A stretch of DNA of 64,000 nucleotides from an uncultured Candidatus Poseidoniales archaeon (GTDB lineage: Archaea; Thermoplasmatota; Poseidoniia; Poseidoniales; CAYMED01). The notes under the pieces were generated by a model that was not told the DNA's origin, did not search any database, and was given only the letters and a program-made list of their open reading frames with translations. The first letter of the stretch is position 1. Every line of letters starts with the position of its first letter. Location: the NCBI GenBank assembly GCA_964389655.1, contig CAYMED010000002.1:1-64000 (forward strand). The letters are read 5' to 3'. Below, piece by piece: positions 10,445 through 21,157 of the stretch. A program made the position numbers and the translations under genes.

Positions 10445-10875
10445 TGGCAAAGAAATCTAAAGTTGTCAACATGAGTGGTAAACGGAAGACTGCAATTGCT
10501 CGTGCAACGGTTAAGCTAGGAAAAGGAAACGTTCGAGTTAATAGCCGCCCAATAGCTATTTTAGAACCAGAACTGGCCCGGAGTAAAGCCCTTGAACCCC
10601 TTATTATTGCTGAAGCAATGGGCCGACTTTCGAATGCCGATATTTCGGTTCTTGCCCATGGTGGGGGGATTATGGGACAAGTTGATGCAATACGTACTGC
10701 AATCGCCCGGGGGCTTGTTCACTTCAATGACGGGGCAGAAGGCATAGATGAGGAACTTAGAGATGAATTTCTCCGCTTTGATCGCAGTCTTCTCGTGAAT
10801 GATCCTCGGCGCAAGGAACCCAAGCACCAAATGGGCCGTGGAGCGCGTAGAAAATGGCAAAAGAGTTACAGGTGA
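10444..10875 (+). CDS. rps9: 30S ribosomal protein S9
   Basis: [48 protein letters not shown]. Confidence 0.97.
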   Translation: MAKKSKVVNMSGKRKTAIARATVKLGKGNVRVNSRPIAILEPELARSKALEPLIIAEAMGRLSNADISVLAHGGGIMGQVDAIRTAIARGLVHFNDGAEGIDEELRDEFLRFDRSLLVNDPRRKEPKHQMGRGARRKWQKSYR

Positions 10876-10879
10876 GTGC

Positions 10880-11089
10880 ATGATTATTCCAGTTCGTTGT
10901 TTTAGTTGCGGAACAGTAATTGCAAATCGATGGGATGCGTATGTTGCTCTCCTCGATGAAGGATTAGAGCCACAACAAGCTTTAGATCATGAAAGTGTAG
11001 ATCTTCAACGTTATTGCTGCCGCCGCATCTTTGTTAGCCATGTGGATCTTCTCGATGAAATTTCATCATATACCACGTCGCTCGGTTGA
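10880..11089 (+). CDS. rpoN: DNA-directed RNA polymerase subunit N (Rpo10)
   Basis: MIIPVRCFSCG...RYCCRR zinc motif. AGGTGA SD, ATG at 10880. Confidence 0.97.
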   Translation: MIIPVRCFSCGTVIANRWDAYVALLDEGLEPQQALDHESVDLQRYCCRRIFVSHVDLLDEISSYTTSLG

Positions 11090-11119
11090 AGTATATCATA
11101 CAAATCTCAGTAAGTTTAC

Positions 11120-11194
11120 GGGCCCGTGGGTTAGCTTGGTCCATACTAGGCGGCTGGGGGCCGTCTGACCCCGGTTCAAATCCGGGCGGGCCCA
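11120..11194 (+). tRNA. tRNA-Pro(GGG), CCA not encoded
   Basis: Acceptor GGGCCCG/CGGGCCC, anticodon arm GGCGG-CT-GGG-GG-CCGTC, T arm CCCGG-TTCAAAT-CCGGG. Canonical position after rpoN. Confidence 0.96.
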
Positions 11195-11306
11195 CTTCTT
11201 CAGACCCTTCGAGAGTTCTTTGAACTGATTTTTTGATCTAAATCCAGTATACTATTTTCACTCATCACGGGGTATCGCCCAAATAGTGCCATCTAGTCGC
11301 CCCTTC

Positions 11307-14300
11307 ATGCGCACGAAATACCGCGGTTCGATTGCCGCGTTGATCCTCCTTTCTTTATCCCTCATTCCATTGAGCATTTCTACTATGGCAACGACAGATC
11401 AAATTCGAATAGATACTCGCTGGGATGGTACTCATATTGTTGGGAATGATACAATTGTTGAAGTTGGTGCCAAATTAGTAATCGAAGCTGGGTCTCAAAT
11501 AATTATTGATGGAAACCATACATTAGAAATTCAAGGGACATTAGAGGCCATTGGTACAACAGCACAGCCCATTGTTATCAATGCAAGCGGTCCGGCCCGC
11601 AATTCAACAGGAGCATTTGAGTGGTGGGTTGGAATTATTTTAGATGGATCATCTTCAATCAGAATGGAAAATGTGACAATAAAAAATGCAGATACGGCGA
11701 TCGAAATACGCCGGGGCGTATCTATTTCTAACATTTCAATCGTAAACTCCTCAACCGGTATTTTCTCCATCGGCTCGGGGATTCATCTCCAAAATATTCA
11801 GTGCACTGACGTATCTGGACCTTGTGTTGATCAACCGATAGGCGAGGCTTTTGTTTCTGGAATCTCAACTCTTCGGACTGGCCAATCAATTCGAACAGAA
11901 GCACACCTCAATTTATCCAGTGCATCAGCGATTCAAACACCGATTTTGGGAGAAATATTGGATGGTGCATCGGGCACGTGGGCAACAATGACAACGGATA
12001 CTGTTGGAACAGCCTTGATTATTGTTGGTTCGCATTCAGCATTACCCGCGTCATCAGATCCTATGGTATTTAGCAATTTAAACCTCCAATCCACTGGCCT
12101 GTTGGCTCATTTTACAGATGTTGATGGTGTTCATATTTTGAGTGCCAATGCCGTAGACACACATAGCGTGTTTGAAGGAACCATCAATGGTGACTTCGTC
12201 TCTGATGGTATTACCTCAACTGGAATGGTAGATACACAACCAGCCATTACACTTTCTGGAACCGGCGCTTGGTCTCTCTCAAATCTAACGATATCAGGGC
12301 ATTCACGCCTGATTGATCTCAATGGCCAAGGTGCGGTGAAGGTTTCAGATTCAAGTTTGTCAGGCGATGGGACCGCACTCAGGATCCGCGGAGAATGGGC
12401 GGATAAAACCACTTTTGATGTGAATGGGAAATCAGGTGTTTTACTAAATAATCTCGATATTTCAACATCCACCCTTGCCCTTGATTTTGGTGACAATGGC
12501 ACCATACTTTCATCAGGAATTACGGTTGATTCAAGCAGCGTAGGTCTCCGCTCATCAGGAAATGTTGCCCTTGCATTCACTAATCTAAATCTCAATGCAT
12601 CGACGTCTTTTGGCCGTTTGTCATCGCTTGCACCAATGGCGGTTTCCAACAGTCAGTGGCACGCGAGTATGCCTACTACAACTGGAATGGTCGCCTCTGA
12701 CTCAACCCTTACTGCTTCCAATCTCTCACTCCAATCCAGTGGGGGGGGCAGTGGCCCCGCCCTTGCCATTGAAGGAGGGAGTTTTTCTTCCCCTTCTCTC
12801 GCCATAAGTGCATGGGGGGAAGGTGTCGAATGCTCTAGACGCTGCCATCTCACTGCAACTGACCTTTCAGTATCCGGAGCAGTAGGGTCCACATCAGCTA
12901 TCAATATTGATTCATCTTCAACAGCAATAATTGAAAATATGACTACGATTCTTCAATCAACCCCAATTCAGGTCGAATCATCATCTTCTCTTGTACTAAC
13001 AAATTGGACCGCTTCAAATCATGATACATCTCTCATTTTGGTAGGTGTTGATTCTACAGCATCAATCAGAAATTTCCCCTATCTCGGCACAAGCTCTAGC
13101 CTCCTCTCCGATGGCACTGGCACCTTGAATTACGGCACAGCATCCCCCCTCACTTCAACCTCATTTGATAGTGGATTAGATCACCACCATATTTCAGAAA
13201 GCACAATCACAGTTTGGAGTCAAGATGGAGAAGTTCTTGCTAATGCACTTGTTTCTTCGCACGGGTTTACAAGCATTTCAAATTCTTTAGGTAAAGTTAC
13301 GCTGCCCTTACGGACATCTGGATCAATGGTAAGTGCAACGATCAATGACACATCGACAACAGTCCCACTTGGAACTGAAGATAGCCCCTTATATGTGGTG
13401 ATCATTCAACCTCCTTCAGGAAATGATGACTGGGTAATTGGGTCGGGAACAGCAGTCGTCGGAAATGTATCCGCAGTTCTTTTTGGTAGAACAGTTAACT
13501 TAGGTGGAAACGCCACAATTCAATCAGGATCCAGCCTTCATTTGATTGATTCGACCCTTCGGCTATCTCCTGGAAAGTCTCTAGTAATTGAATCGGGGGC
13601 ATTATTGATCGGAGATGGTGGTATTGTCGATCAAGGCCAAATTTCCGTAAATAGTAGTAGCGTCGGTAAATCTGGTTATCTCCTTGGTCAGGGTTCTGGT
13701 TTGAGAATATTATCAACTCTCAACATCGCAGCAGAAAGCCCACTTTCTTCAACATTGACCATCACTGGAGTGGGTGTTGAATCATCATTCCAATCAGATG
13801 TTTGGACAAGCACTCACTTTGTAGATGGACATTTTTCCCCCACATCTGTCTCCCTCAATGGTGGGAGTTTGTCCCATGGCACATCTCTTTCTATTGAAGT
13901 CCTTAATCAATCGGCCCCAATTCCTTTTGCACAGGTAGAATTGCTAAACAGTTCACTTGCCGAAATCGAGTCTAAAACAACCGACACAGATGGAATGGTC
14001 GAATTTATTGAGGGGCGCATTAATGTAGATTATGGCAAAACCCTCCACTTAGGTGTCATTGGCACAGGTGCCACGCCTGATGTGAACGTTGGTTCGCTAG
14101 GGGATGTTTGGTTAGACAGTTCTAGTGGGAGGATATGGAATCGCATCACCTCAGATTGGGTTGTCGGAGATGATCAGAGAGTCATTCGTGTATCAGCAAA
14201 TGGCCTGACTCAATTAGAGGGTTGGAATTTAGCAGACTCATCTCATTTGACAATCCATGCATCTACTCTACCTTCACTTGTGAATAGTTGGACAGTTCTT

Positions 14301-16382
14301 GAATCGAAATATTCCCCATATGTTGTGAATACACAATTGGTTACTGTATCGGCAACAGGAGACCTAACTGCAGAACCCGGGGCAAGCGTCTATCTAAGCA
14401 CAGATGCCACGATTGATGTTCGCGGTGCCTTCAGTTCGGAGTTAGCAGTCTTCCAACCATTTCCTTCAGAAAAATGGTCTGGAATATCTGTTCAGGGTGA
14501 TGGTACCTTATCCATTAATGGCGGACAAATTATCGGAACAAGAACAGCAATCAGTCTTGCCGGAACTGGAAACAGTGTCATCAACAATGCTAGAATTTCT
14601 AATGCGGAATTGGCATTGATACATCTATCAAATTCAGCAAGCATTTCCATAACAAACACCGTTCTTGATCTCAGTCTCTCAGATGGAATACACCTGACCT
14701 CTCAAGCCTCAAATTCGGAGGTTTCCCTTTCCCAAGTCGAAATAAGCGGTTGTTCCGGATCAGCAATTATGGCTCAATCGGGCGCAATTACTGGCACAGA
14801 TGTCGAAATTGGAGCAAACAATGATCAAGGGATCAAAGTCCTTGGTGGATCCCTTTCAATCAATGGCCTCGATGCGGAAATGCATTCTGGAACACAGCCA
14901 GCGCTTTCCATTATTTCCTCAGATTCAATTTCAATTGATTCGGCAAATTTATCTGGTATGGGATCTACCATTTCTGAGATTAAATATTCAACTAACGTGT
15001 TGTTGAAAAATTCACGCATCATGTCGAATGATGGTATTGGATTAAAAATATCCTCCTCTGAATTAACTGTTGATGGGTTGGCATTAAATGGCACTTCCAT
15101 TGGAAAAGGAATTTTGGTTGAAGAGAGAATGTTTCCCGAGCAATCAATCATCCTTTCCCACATTCAAGCAGATGGGATTGGAGCGGCAATTTATGCATCC
15201 CTAACCAGCACAGAATCCTATGCCCCCCCAATTGAGATTATTGCTTCTGATCTTTCTACTTCAACAGTACATACAATCGGCGCCGCTTTGAGAATTGTAG
15301 GTGGAAATGTGGGGGTAATCAATGCTAGTGGGACCCATGTTACTTCTATTGACCTCGTAGATGTAGAACGCACAGATGTGCCAGCCATAACGGAGATGGC
15401 AGTTTTGACTGAATGGAGTTCTGTATCGATTTCATTGCGGGGATTAGGGGGCATATTTGTCGATGGTTCTGTAGAAGCAACCGTTCCGTCTTTGTCATGG
15501 ACAACGGTTCTTGACCTTCCTTCAGGGATGGGGCGTCTCGAGATTCCACGCGTCCAAATCACCTCTAGCCAGTTATCCCAAGCAAATCAACTTTGGTTGA
15601 ATGCATCAGGTGATGACCACCTCCTTAGGTCAATTAATGTGGTACCTTCGCCCCCAGCAGATGGAAGTGAATGGGAACAAGTCATTGCTCTTTCTCCTAA
15701 TAATCCACCAATTGTCATATTGAGGGAACCCACTTTAGCAGGACAAAAATCAACCCACCATTCTGGAGAAAACATCACATTTCATGCTGACATTATAGAT
15801 GATGAGCCGGGCAATGTCGATGTTGAATGGATTATCATGGATGGATCAACTACCATGTATACCTTCAAAGGAAATCCTGTTATTCGAAATAATCTAATTC
15901 CCGGAGAATTTAGTGTCACCCTTACTGCTACTGATTCAGCAGGTAAATCATATTCTGTTAGTTTTGGGCTTCAAGTTCTTGCACCAGATAATGATGGCGA
16001 TGCTCAAGGTTGTCCATTAGATGGCTTTAATGAATCTCTTGGCTATGATTGTGGACCGGATGCCACAGACCTCGATGATGATAATGATGGCGTTCCTGAT
16101 GTGTCTGATGATTTCCCTATGGACGCTTGTGCTTCAAAAGACCTTGACGAAGATGGACTTCCAGACCATGATAATTTCAAAGTTGGGTGTGCTACAACTC
16201 TAGTGAAAGACCTCGATGATGACAATGATGGGGTGAACAATGAGAATGATTCCAGCCCTAAAAACAAAGATGTTCAAAGCATTTCAGAAACACAAGAAGA
16301 AAGCTCTAATATTGTCCCAATTGCAATTGCAGTAGTGATCATAATTGCTGCCGCAGTTATTGTATTATTGCGCCGAAATTAG
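11307..16382 (+). CDS. Large secreted, C-terminally anchored protein: parallel beta-helix repeats, PKD-like domain, TSP3-like repeats
   Basis: Signal peptide. Two copies of the L.IEaG..I.....I.V.G.L...W.GI beta-helix cap, NNPP..PKD-like domain, DxDxDG repeats, TM plus RRN at the C-terminus. Start 11307 (ATG) or 11286 (GTG). Confidence 0.85.
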   Translation: MRTKYRGSIAALILLSLSLIPLSISTMATTDQIRIDTRWDGTHIVGNDTIVEVGAKLVIEAGSQIIIDGNHTLEIQGTLEAIGTTAQPIVINASGPARNSTGAFEWWVGIILDGSSSIRMENVTIKNADTAIEIRRGVSISNISIVNSSTGIFSIGSGIHLQNIQCTDVSGPCVDQPIGEAFVSGISTLRTGQSIRTEAHLNLSSASAIQTPILGEILDGASGTWATMTTDTVGTALIIVGSHSALPASSDPMVFSNLNLQSTGLLAHFTDVDGVHILSANAVDTHSVFEGTINGDFVSDGITSTGMVDTQPAITLSGTGAWSLSNLTISGHSRLIDLNGQGAVKVSDSSLSGDGTALRIRGEWADKTTFDVNGKSGVLLNNLDISTSTLALDFGDNGTILSSGITVDSSSVGLRSSGNVALAFTNLNLNASTSFGRLSSLAPMAVSNSQWHASMPTTTGMVASDSTLTASNLSLQSSGGGSGPALAIEGGSFSSPSLAISAWGEGVECSRRCHLTATDLSVSGAVGSTSAINIDSSSTAIIENMTTILQSTPIQVESSSSLVLTNWTASNHDTSLILVGVDSTASIRNFPYLGTSSSLLSDGTGTLNYGTASPLTSTSFDSGLDHHHISESTITVWSQDGEVLANALVSSHGFTSISNSLGKVTLPLRTSGSMVSATINDTSTTVPLGTEDSPLYVVIIQPPSGNDDWVIGSGTAVVGNVSAVLFGRTVNLGGNATIQSGSSLHLIDSTLRLSPGKSLVIESGALLIGDGGIVDQGQISVNSSSVGKSGYLLGQGSGLRILSTLNIAAESPLSSTLTITGVGVESSFQSDVWTSTHFVDGHFSPTSVSLNGGSLSHGTSLSIEVLNQSAPIPFAQVELLNSSLAEIESKTTDTDGMVEFIEGRINVDYGKTLHLGVIGTGATPDVNVGSLGDVWLDSSSGRIWNRITSDWVVGDDQRVIRVSANGLTQLEGWNLADSSHLTIHASTLPSLVNSWTVLESKYSPYVVNTQLVTVSATGDLTAEPGASVYLSTDATIDVRGAFSSELAVFQPFPSEKWSGISVQGDGTLSINGGQIIGTRTAISLAGTGNSVINNARISNAELALIHLSNSASISITNTVLDLSLSDGIHLTSQASNSEVSLSQVEISGCSGSAIMAQSGAITGTDVEIGANNDQGIKVLGGSLSINGLDAEMHSGTQPALSIISSDSISIDSANLSGMGSTISEIKYSTNVLLKNSRIMSNDGIGLKISSSELTVDGLALNGTSIGKGILVEERMFPEQSIILSHIQADGIGAAIYASLTSTESYAPPIEIIASDLSTSTVHTIGAALRIVGGNVGVINASGTHVTSIDLVDVERTDVPAITEMAVLTEWSSVSISLRGLGGIFVDGSVEATVPSLSWTTVLDLPSGMGRLEIPRVQITSSQLSQANQLWLNASGDDHLLRSINVVPSPPADGSEWEQVIALSPNNPPIVILREPTLAGQKSTHHSGENITFHADIIDDEPGNVDVEWIIMDGSTTMYTFKGNPVIRNNLIPGEFSVTLTATDSAGKSYSVSFGLQVLAPDNDGDAQGCPLDGFNESLGYDCGPDATDLDDDNDGVPDVSDDFPMDACASKDLDEDGLPDHDNFKVGCATTLVKDLDDDNDGVNNENDSSPKNKDVQSISETQEESSNIVPIAIAVVIIIAAAVIVLLRRN

Positions 16383-16397
16383 ACGTGAGGTCGGTGT

Positions 16398-16931
16398 GTG
16401 ACTCCTGAAGCAATTGCAGGCGTCATTGCAGTAGCATGCGCATCTACAATTGTAATGTTTGACATCATTCGCCTGTATATTTCTAGGCTCAATGGCCCTA
16501 GAACATTGGGTACCTTACCAGATGGTGGATGGGGGTGGAAATCGAATATCTCCCAAGAATTTGTCCGCAATGGTCCCTCAATTCTCACATTATTTGCGAT
16601 GTCCATTCTCCCTTGGCCCATGGTTAGATGGTCGGATACACCTTACTTGATTCCTGCAATTTGGAGTCTTGCTCTGATAATTCACGCATTTTCATTATTT
16701 TTTCCCCGCAATTATTCTGCCACTAAAACTCATCTTCATGTGGATGGGGGCTCCATAGAATGGTCTCGATTAGGGCGCCCCCATCGGCCATCTCAAGACC
16801 GACTTGTTCTCCAAAGGAAAGGATGGTGGAAATTGGCCCCTCTCGTACTTGGTGGGACCCAAGAGGATCTTAATGAAGTGGAAAACCGACTTCCCACCTA
16901 CCTCATTAATGCCTTTCAGGAAAGTGAATGA
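16398..16931 (+). CDS. Hypothetical membrane protein (3 TM plus small soluble domain)
   Basis: Hydrophobic segments, GAGGT SD upstream, overlaps the ligase start. Confidence 0.7.
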   Translation: MTPEAIAGVIAVACASTIVMFDIIRLYISRLNGPRTLGTLPDGGWGWKSNISQEFVRNGPSILTLFAMSILPWPMVRWSDTPYLIPAIWSLALIIHAFSLFFPRNYSATKTHLHVDGGSIEWSRLGRPHRPSQDRLVLQRKGWWKLAPLVLGGTQEDLNEVENRLPTYLINAFQESE

Positions 16932-19098
16932 TGAAAACGTTCATTCGATCCAAGCGGGCCATTGTGTTGTGCACCCAGCGTCACCCGGTGGTGATACCGA
17001 AATCGAGGCGCTTGCCCTTGAGATCTCTCGTCATTCAGATTTGTATTATTCTCATGCAACACCAGAAATATCGGATAATGAATTTGACCTTCTTGTAGAG
17101 AGGCTTCGTCGCCTTGACCCCACCCATCCACAATTAACTAAAGTGGGGTCTGACCCTGTTCCTGGATCTGAAAAAGTCATACACCTTTTCCCAATGAGAA
17201 GTTTGGATAAAGCAACATTGGATACTGAAATTATTCATTTTGTAACTGAAACGGTCAAATCAGAAACACGTTTCCTAATTCAACCAAAATTAGATGGCAC
17301 AGCCCTCTCCCTTGAATATCGGTTAGGTCGTCTTGTCAGAGCAGCAACACGAGGAAATGGAATAAAAGGAGAAGATGTTACTGCGAATGCTCGTCGAGTG
17401 ATTGGGGTGCCCGAACGTCTCCTTGAGCCTGTAGATGTGCACATAAGGGGTGAGGTTGTTATGCCTCTTGAGATATTCCATAGGTCCTATTCACACATCT
17501 CCCCCAACCCTCGCAATTTAGCATCAGGTGCACTTAGACAGAAATATTCTGATGGAAAGGCCGATGTCAAAGATCTCAGGTTTTTTGCTTATGACGTACT
17601 ATTTCCTTCTCATTCCGATAGACACCCAGATGCCCCACAACCCCCGCCCGCATCAGACGATTCATCGCATTTGGAATGGCTAACAAAAATGGGCGTTTCT
17701 CCCGCAGAATGGGACGTTGTTGAATCCTTAAAACCCACTATCTCATCAACTAAAATCATCGAAAAAACTCAAAAGTGGATGCTTAAAAGAAGCGAATTTC
17801 CTTATGAAATAGATGGTGTAGTCATCAAAGTCGATGCCCTTGCCCAACGGAATGAATTAGGAAATACCGCTCACCATCCAAGATGGGCACTTGCATGGAA
17901 GTTTGCCCCCGAAGTTTCAGAAACCGTATTGCTCGATGTATCCTGGAAAACCGGTAGAACAGGTGTTGTAACGCCTGTTGCTAAAGTTGCTCCTCAGATG
18001 GTGGGTGGAGTAACTGTGGAGCATGTTACATTGCATAATATCGGGGAAATTAAGAGACTCGGAATACAAATTTGTGACCGTGTGCGGCTCGTCCGTCGTG
18101 GTGATGTCATTCCCAAGATCGAATCAGTCATAGGCCCAGCCAAAGAAGAAGACCTCAAAGACCGTTTCCATGCAGATGGACGTATTTTTAAATCCCATTT
18201 CCCTCTGCGAAGAAAACCTCCGATCCCAACAAATTGCCCTGAATGTGGTGTATTCCTAGTCGAAGATGGGGCTTTTCTTCGATGCCCTAATATGACTTGT
18301 GGGGGTCGAGGCAAACATGCAATTCTTTACTGGTGCCGGTTTCTAGAAATGGATGGAATTGGTGAAAAACTCGTCGATCAACTTATGTCAGCTGCTGACC
18401 TTAAATCGGTGGTGGACTTGTATAGATTAGATTTTGATCAACTACTGGCCCTTGATCGGATGGGTGAGCGATCCGCCTCAAATGTTCTTTTACAGATTGA
18501 AAAAACTCGTAAATTGACTTTGTATCAGCTACTTTCCGCACTAGGACTGCCACGAATAGGTCCGGAAATTTCTTTGTCAGTAGCACATTCAATCAAAAAA
18601 TGGCCTGAACTGGAAAACCTAGTCCGTTCATGGGATGCACTTCCAGGGCAACCCAATGGGGGGCCCGAGTGTGATGGGGAAGGCCGCCCGTACAAGCATA
18701 ATTCATCCATTCGGCGGCTGACCTCAATTGAAGGAGTTGGGGCATTAGTTGCTGAACAATTACTTTCTGGGCTTGCAACTAGATCTGATATGATTGGAGA
18801 AATATTATCTGAAATAGAACTTATTGACGATGATTCTCCCCCCAATTCATCTACACCCCTTTCCTTGGTGGGAATGTCAATCTGCCTAACGGGCACATTG
18901 TCAATGCCCCGCAAAGAGATTCAAAAAATCATACGAAATGCAGGCGGCCGCCCCGTATCATCTATATCTTCCAAACTCGACTTATTGATTGTGGGAGAAA
19001 ATGCGGGCTCCAAACTTGAAAAGGCGACATCCTTTGGAATCAATATTGTTGATGAGGAAGCATTCTTTGAATTGATATCTGACAATCAACCAACTTAA
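16924..19098 (+). CDS. ligA: NAD-dependent DNA ligase
   Basis: YY...PEISDNEFD, KxDG motif QPKLDG, ATRGNG..GEDVT, NPRNLASG.LRQ, EIDGVVIK, PRWALAWKF, C4 zinc finger, HhH, BRCT (GENAGSKL.KA). GTG 16924 is the likely start. Confidence 0.96.
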   Translation: MNDENVHSIQAGHCVVHPASPGGDTEIEALALEISRHSDLYYSHATPEISDNEFDLLVERLRRLDPTHPQLTKVGSDPVPGSEKVIHLFPMRSLDKATLDTEIIHFVTETVKSETRFLIQPKLDGTALSLEYRLGRLVRAATRGNGIKGEDVTANARRVIGVPERLLEPVDVHIRGEVVMPLEIFHRSYSHISPNPRNLASGALRQKYSDGKADVKDLRFFAYDVLFPSHSDRHPDAPQPPPASDDSSHLEWLTKMGVSPAEWDVVESLKPTISSTKIIEKTQKWMLKRSEFPYEIDGVVIKVDALAQRNELGNTAHHPRWALAWKFAPEVSETVLLDVSWKTGRTGVVTPVAKVAPQMVGGVTVEHVTLHNIGEIKRLGIQICDRVRLVRRGDVIPKIESVIGPAKEEDLKDRFHADGRIFKSHFPLRRKPPIPTNCPECGVFLVEDGAFLRCPNMTCGGRGKHAILYWCRFLEMDGIGEKLVDQLMSAADLKSVVDLYRLDFDQLLALDRMGERSASNVLLQIEKTRKLTLYQLLSALGLPRIGPEISLSVAHSIKKWPELENLVRSWDALPGQPNGGPECDGEGRPYKHNSSIRRLTSIEGVGALVAEQLLSGLATRSDMIGEILSEIELIDDDSPPNSSTPLSLVGMSICLTGTLSMPRKEIQKIIRNAGGRPVSSISSKLDLLIVGENAGSKLEKATSFGINIVDEEAFFELISDNQPT

Positions 19099-19856
19099 GC
19101 AAACATTCCACTTGTATCTGATGAGCGTGGAGCCTTGGTAAGTTGAGAACTCATCATTCCTTTCAACTCAGATTCATGTCTTTCTGCGGCTTCCAATAAA
19201 GGTGCAGGATCAAGGTCGATATTTGGTAAGAGTTTGTCTAGTGCCCCAATTATTTTTGCAGCCGCCCTCGCATCGGGCATTTTTGGTTCAGCACCAACAA
19301 GAATTGCCATCATATCCAACCCTCTTCTTCTTCCTTCACCTAGGAGGACACCTGTCATCCCACCAAGAATTGCTTGTGGAAGCAATGGAACTTCCATTTC
19401 TCCCAACATTTCTCTTGAAAATGCAGTTGCCCCAACTCCCACAAGCTGTTCTTCCCCTTCCTCTTCTTCTTCAATTGAGAATGCATCAATTAGTACACCC
19501 CCACCTATTCTTGCCCGTTTTGACCATTCAAGAAGTGCTTCAGTCAATGGAAGACACAATGTATTTTCTATTTGCATTTCAGAGACAATCAGTACGACCC
19601 TATCACAGTGTTCGATATTGCATATTGGATCTCCGGCATAGAAACGAATTGGGGGCATTGGTTCTCCATCTTTGACTAGGCAAAGAGCCGGTAGTTCAGA
19701 ATGTCTAATTCCCCCAACAAATTCCAGTTCAAGTTGCTCTATGAGGAAATGTGCAACAATGCTAGACACCATCCCTGTTGATGGGAAACATGAAACGACC
19801 AGTGCATCTTGTGTCTCTGTACTCGCAGAAATCCGAATTATAGGCAACTCAGTCAT
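19095..19856 (-). CDS. PAC2-family proteasome assembly chaperone (copy 1)
   Basis: FPSTGMVSSIVAHFLIEQL, PPIRFY, GMTGVLL.EG, PDARAAA. ATG at 19856. Confidence 0.88.
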   Translation of the reverse strand: MTELPIIRISASTETQDALVVSCFPSTGMVSSIVAHFLIEQLELEFVGGIRHSELPALCLVKDGEPMPPIRFYAGDPICNIEHCDRVVLIVSEMQIENTLCLPLTEALLEWSKRARIGGGVLIDAFSIEEEEEGEEQLVGVGATAFSREMLGEMEVPLLPQAILGGMTGVLLGEGRRRGLDMMAILVGAEPKMPDARAAAKIIGALDKLLPNIDLDPAPLLEAAERHESELKGMMSSQLTKAPRSSDTSGMFA

Positions 19857-19916
19857 AGCGGGTCGAGCCGGGTGGAGATTATGAGTATGCGCCCCCCCGC
19901 GTGAGATGGGATCGCC

Positions 19917-21155
19917 TTGGCCGAAGAGAAACGGACCCGTCGCCCAGTTGATCCCTTTTGGGTGGGCCGCATTCAAAAAGTAAATCCCGAAAAACCCCAT
20001 TCACTATCTCCGTCATCATGGAATAATTATTCCGCATGTCCTCGGAAATTCTGGCTTTCTCGTCGCCGATTACCAAGAAAAACAGGAATGGCGGCCGCTC
20101 TTGGTACTGCCGTACACGAGGCTCTTGAAGCCATTTTGTTACTTGATACATCGTCCCTAGACCCATCTTTGACGGGCTGGCTTCCAGATGCTGCAAATTC
20201 AATGCTTGATTCGACTTGGGAGGAGGAGAAAGCCCGTTTTTTCTCAACACCACGCCACCCAGCATGGAAGGAAGAACATCTTCCTAAAGCTAGGGGTCTT
20301 CTTGAATCATCGATTCAAATTGTGCTTGAACGCTCAGGGCAAGGGCGAACAAAATTAGAGGATATCCCCGTACGCATGTGGGGGTGGGTCCAATCTATGA
20401 TGGCGGCAGTAGAAGGTGAATTGCGCAGCCCAGATGGAAAACTAATGGGTCGAATGGATGCAATGATGTATGAAATTGATGCAAGTGGCAGTGTATGTGG
20501 CTGGATCGTTGCTGATTTGAAGACCGGCCGACCACCTAGCGGAGAAATCAGTGAAAACATCAGCCGCCAATTGCGGATGTACCGAGATTTGTTGGACTTA
20601 ATCAACCCCGAGCATCCACCAATTTCTTCTGAAGCGTGGTATCCTGCGGGACCAAAAGTAATCACGGCCCATGGCCCGAACATTATCGAAGAAGCATTGT
20701 TAGCTTGGGAGGGAATGCGCCCCCGCCCCGATCCTCCAGAAGCAACCCCTAGCGAAGATGCATGTGGATTTTGTGAGTGGAAAGGGTGGTGTCCTTCTTG
20801 GTTACCATTTAGGCAAAGAGAACCCCCAATGGGGGCATTTTCAGATCTCGTGATCCATCTTGAAAGATATGAGGAGGAAACGGGGGCTGCTGTGCTAGAA
20901 TCATGTGCTGCGGTGGACGAAGACGGTGGCCTGGCCGCAACAGGGCAAAGAATGGGTGCCTACTTTGAGGGTATAGCCAAAGACCGCTTAGAAGAAATTC
21001 TTTCAGCTGGTTGGAAAGGGCCTCTTGTTTGTGCTTCATCCCTTACTAGAGATCGAACAGTTCGAATTGGTGACTGGTGTGATATTACACCATATATCCC
21101 AATAACAAGCGTAATTGAAGGTCGTCTCGAAGATGCACCTGAAATGAAAGATTGA
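19917..21155 (+). CDS. Standalone PD-(D/E)XK RecB/Cas4-like nuclease with 4-Cys Fe-S motif and C-terminal extension
   Basis: LSPSS...Y..CPRKFWL, GTAVHEALE, GRMD, ADLKTG, QLRMY, CGFCEWKGWC. Confidence 0.88.
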   Translation: MAEEKRTRRPVDPFWVGRIQKVNPEKPHSLSPSSWNNYSACPRKFWLSRRRLPRKTGMAAALGTAVHEALEAILLLDTSSLDPSLTGWLPDAANSMLDSTWEEEKARFFSTPRHPAWKEEHLPKARGLLESSIQIVLERSGQGRTKLEDIPVRMWGWVQSMMAAVEGELRSPDGKLMGRMDAMMYEIDASGSVCGWIVADLKTGRPPSGEISENISRQLRMYRDLLDLINPEHPPISSEAWYPAGPKVITAHGPNIIEEALLAWEGMRPRPDPPEATPSEDACGFCEWKGWCPSWLPFRQREPPMGAFSDLVIHLERYEEETGAAVLESCAAVDEDGGLAATGQRMGAYFEGIAKDRLEEILSAGWKGPLVCASSLTRDRTVRIGDWCDITPYIPITSVIEGRLEDAPEMKD

Positions 21156-21157
21156 TT

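Noticed and set aside
9592-11194. Ribosomal cluster detached from rpoD upstream and rpoK/S2 downstream
   Set aside because: Breakage of this superoperon is common in archaea and not notable alone.
19917-21155. Cas4 of a CRISPR-Cas locus
   Set aside because: No cas1, cas2, effector genes or array in the window.
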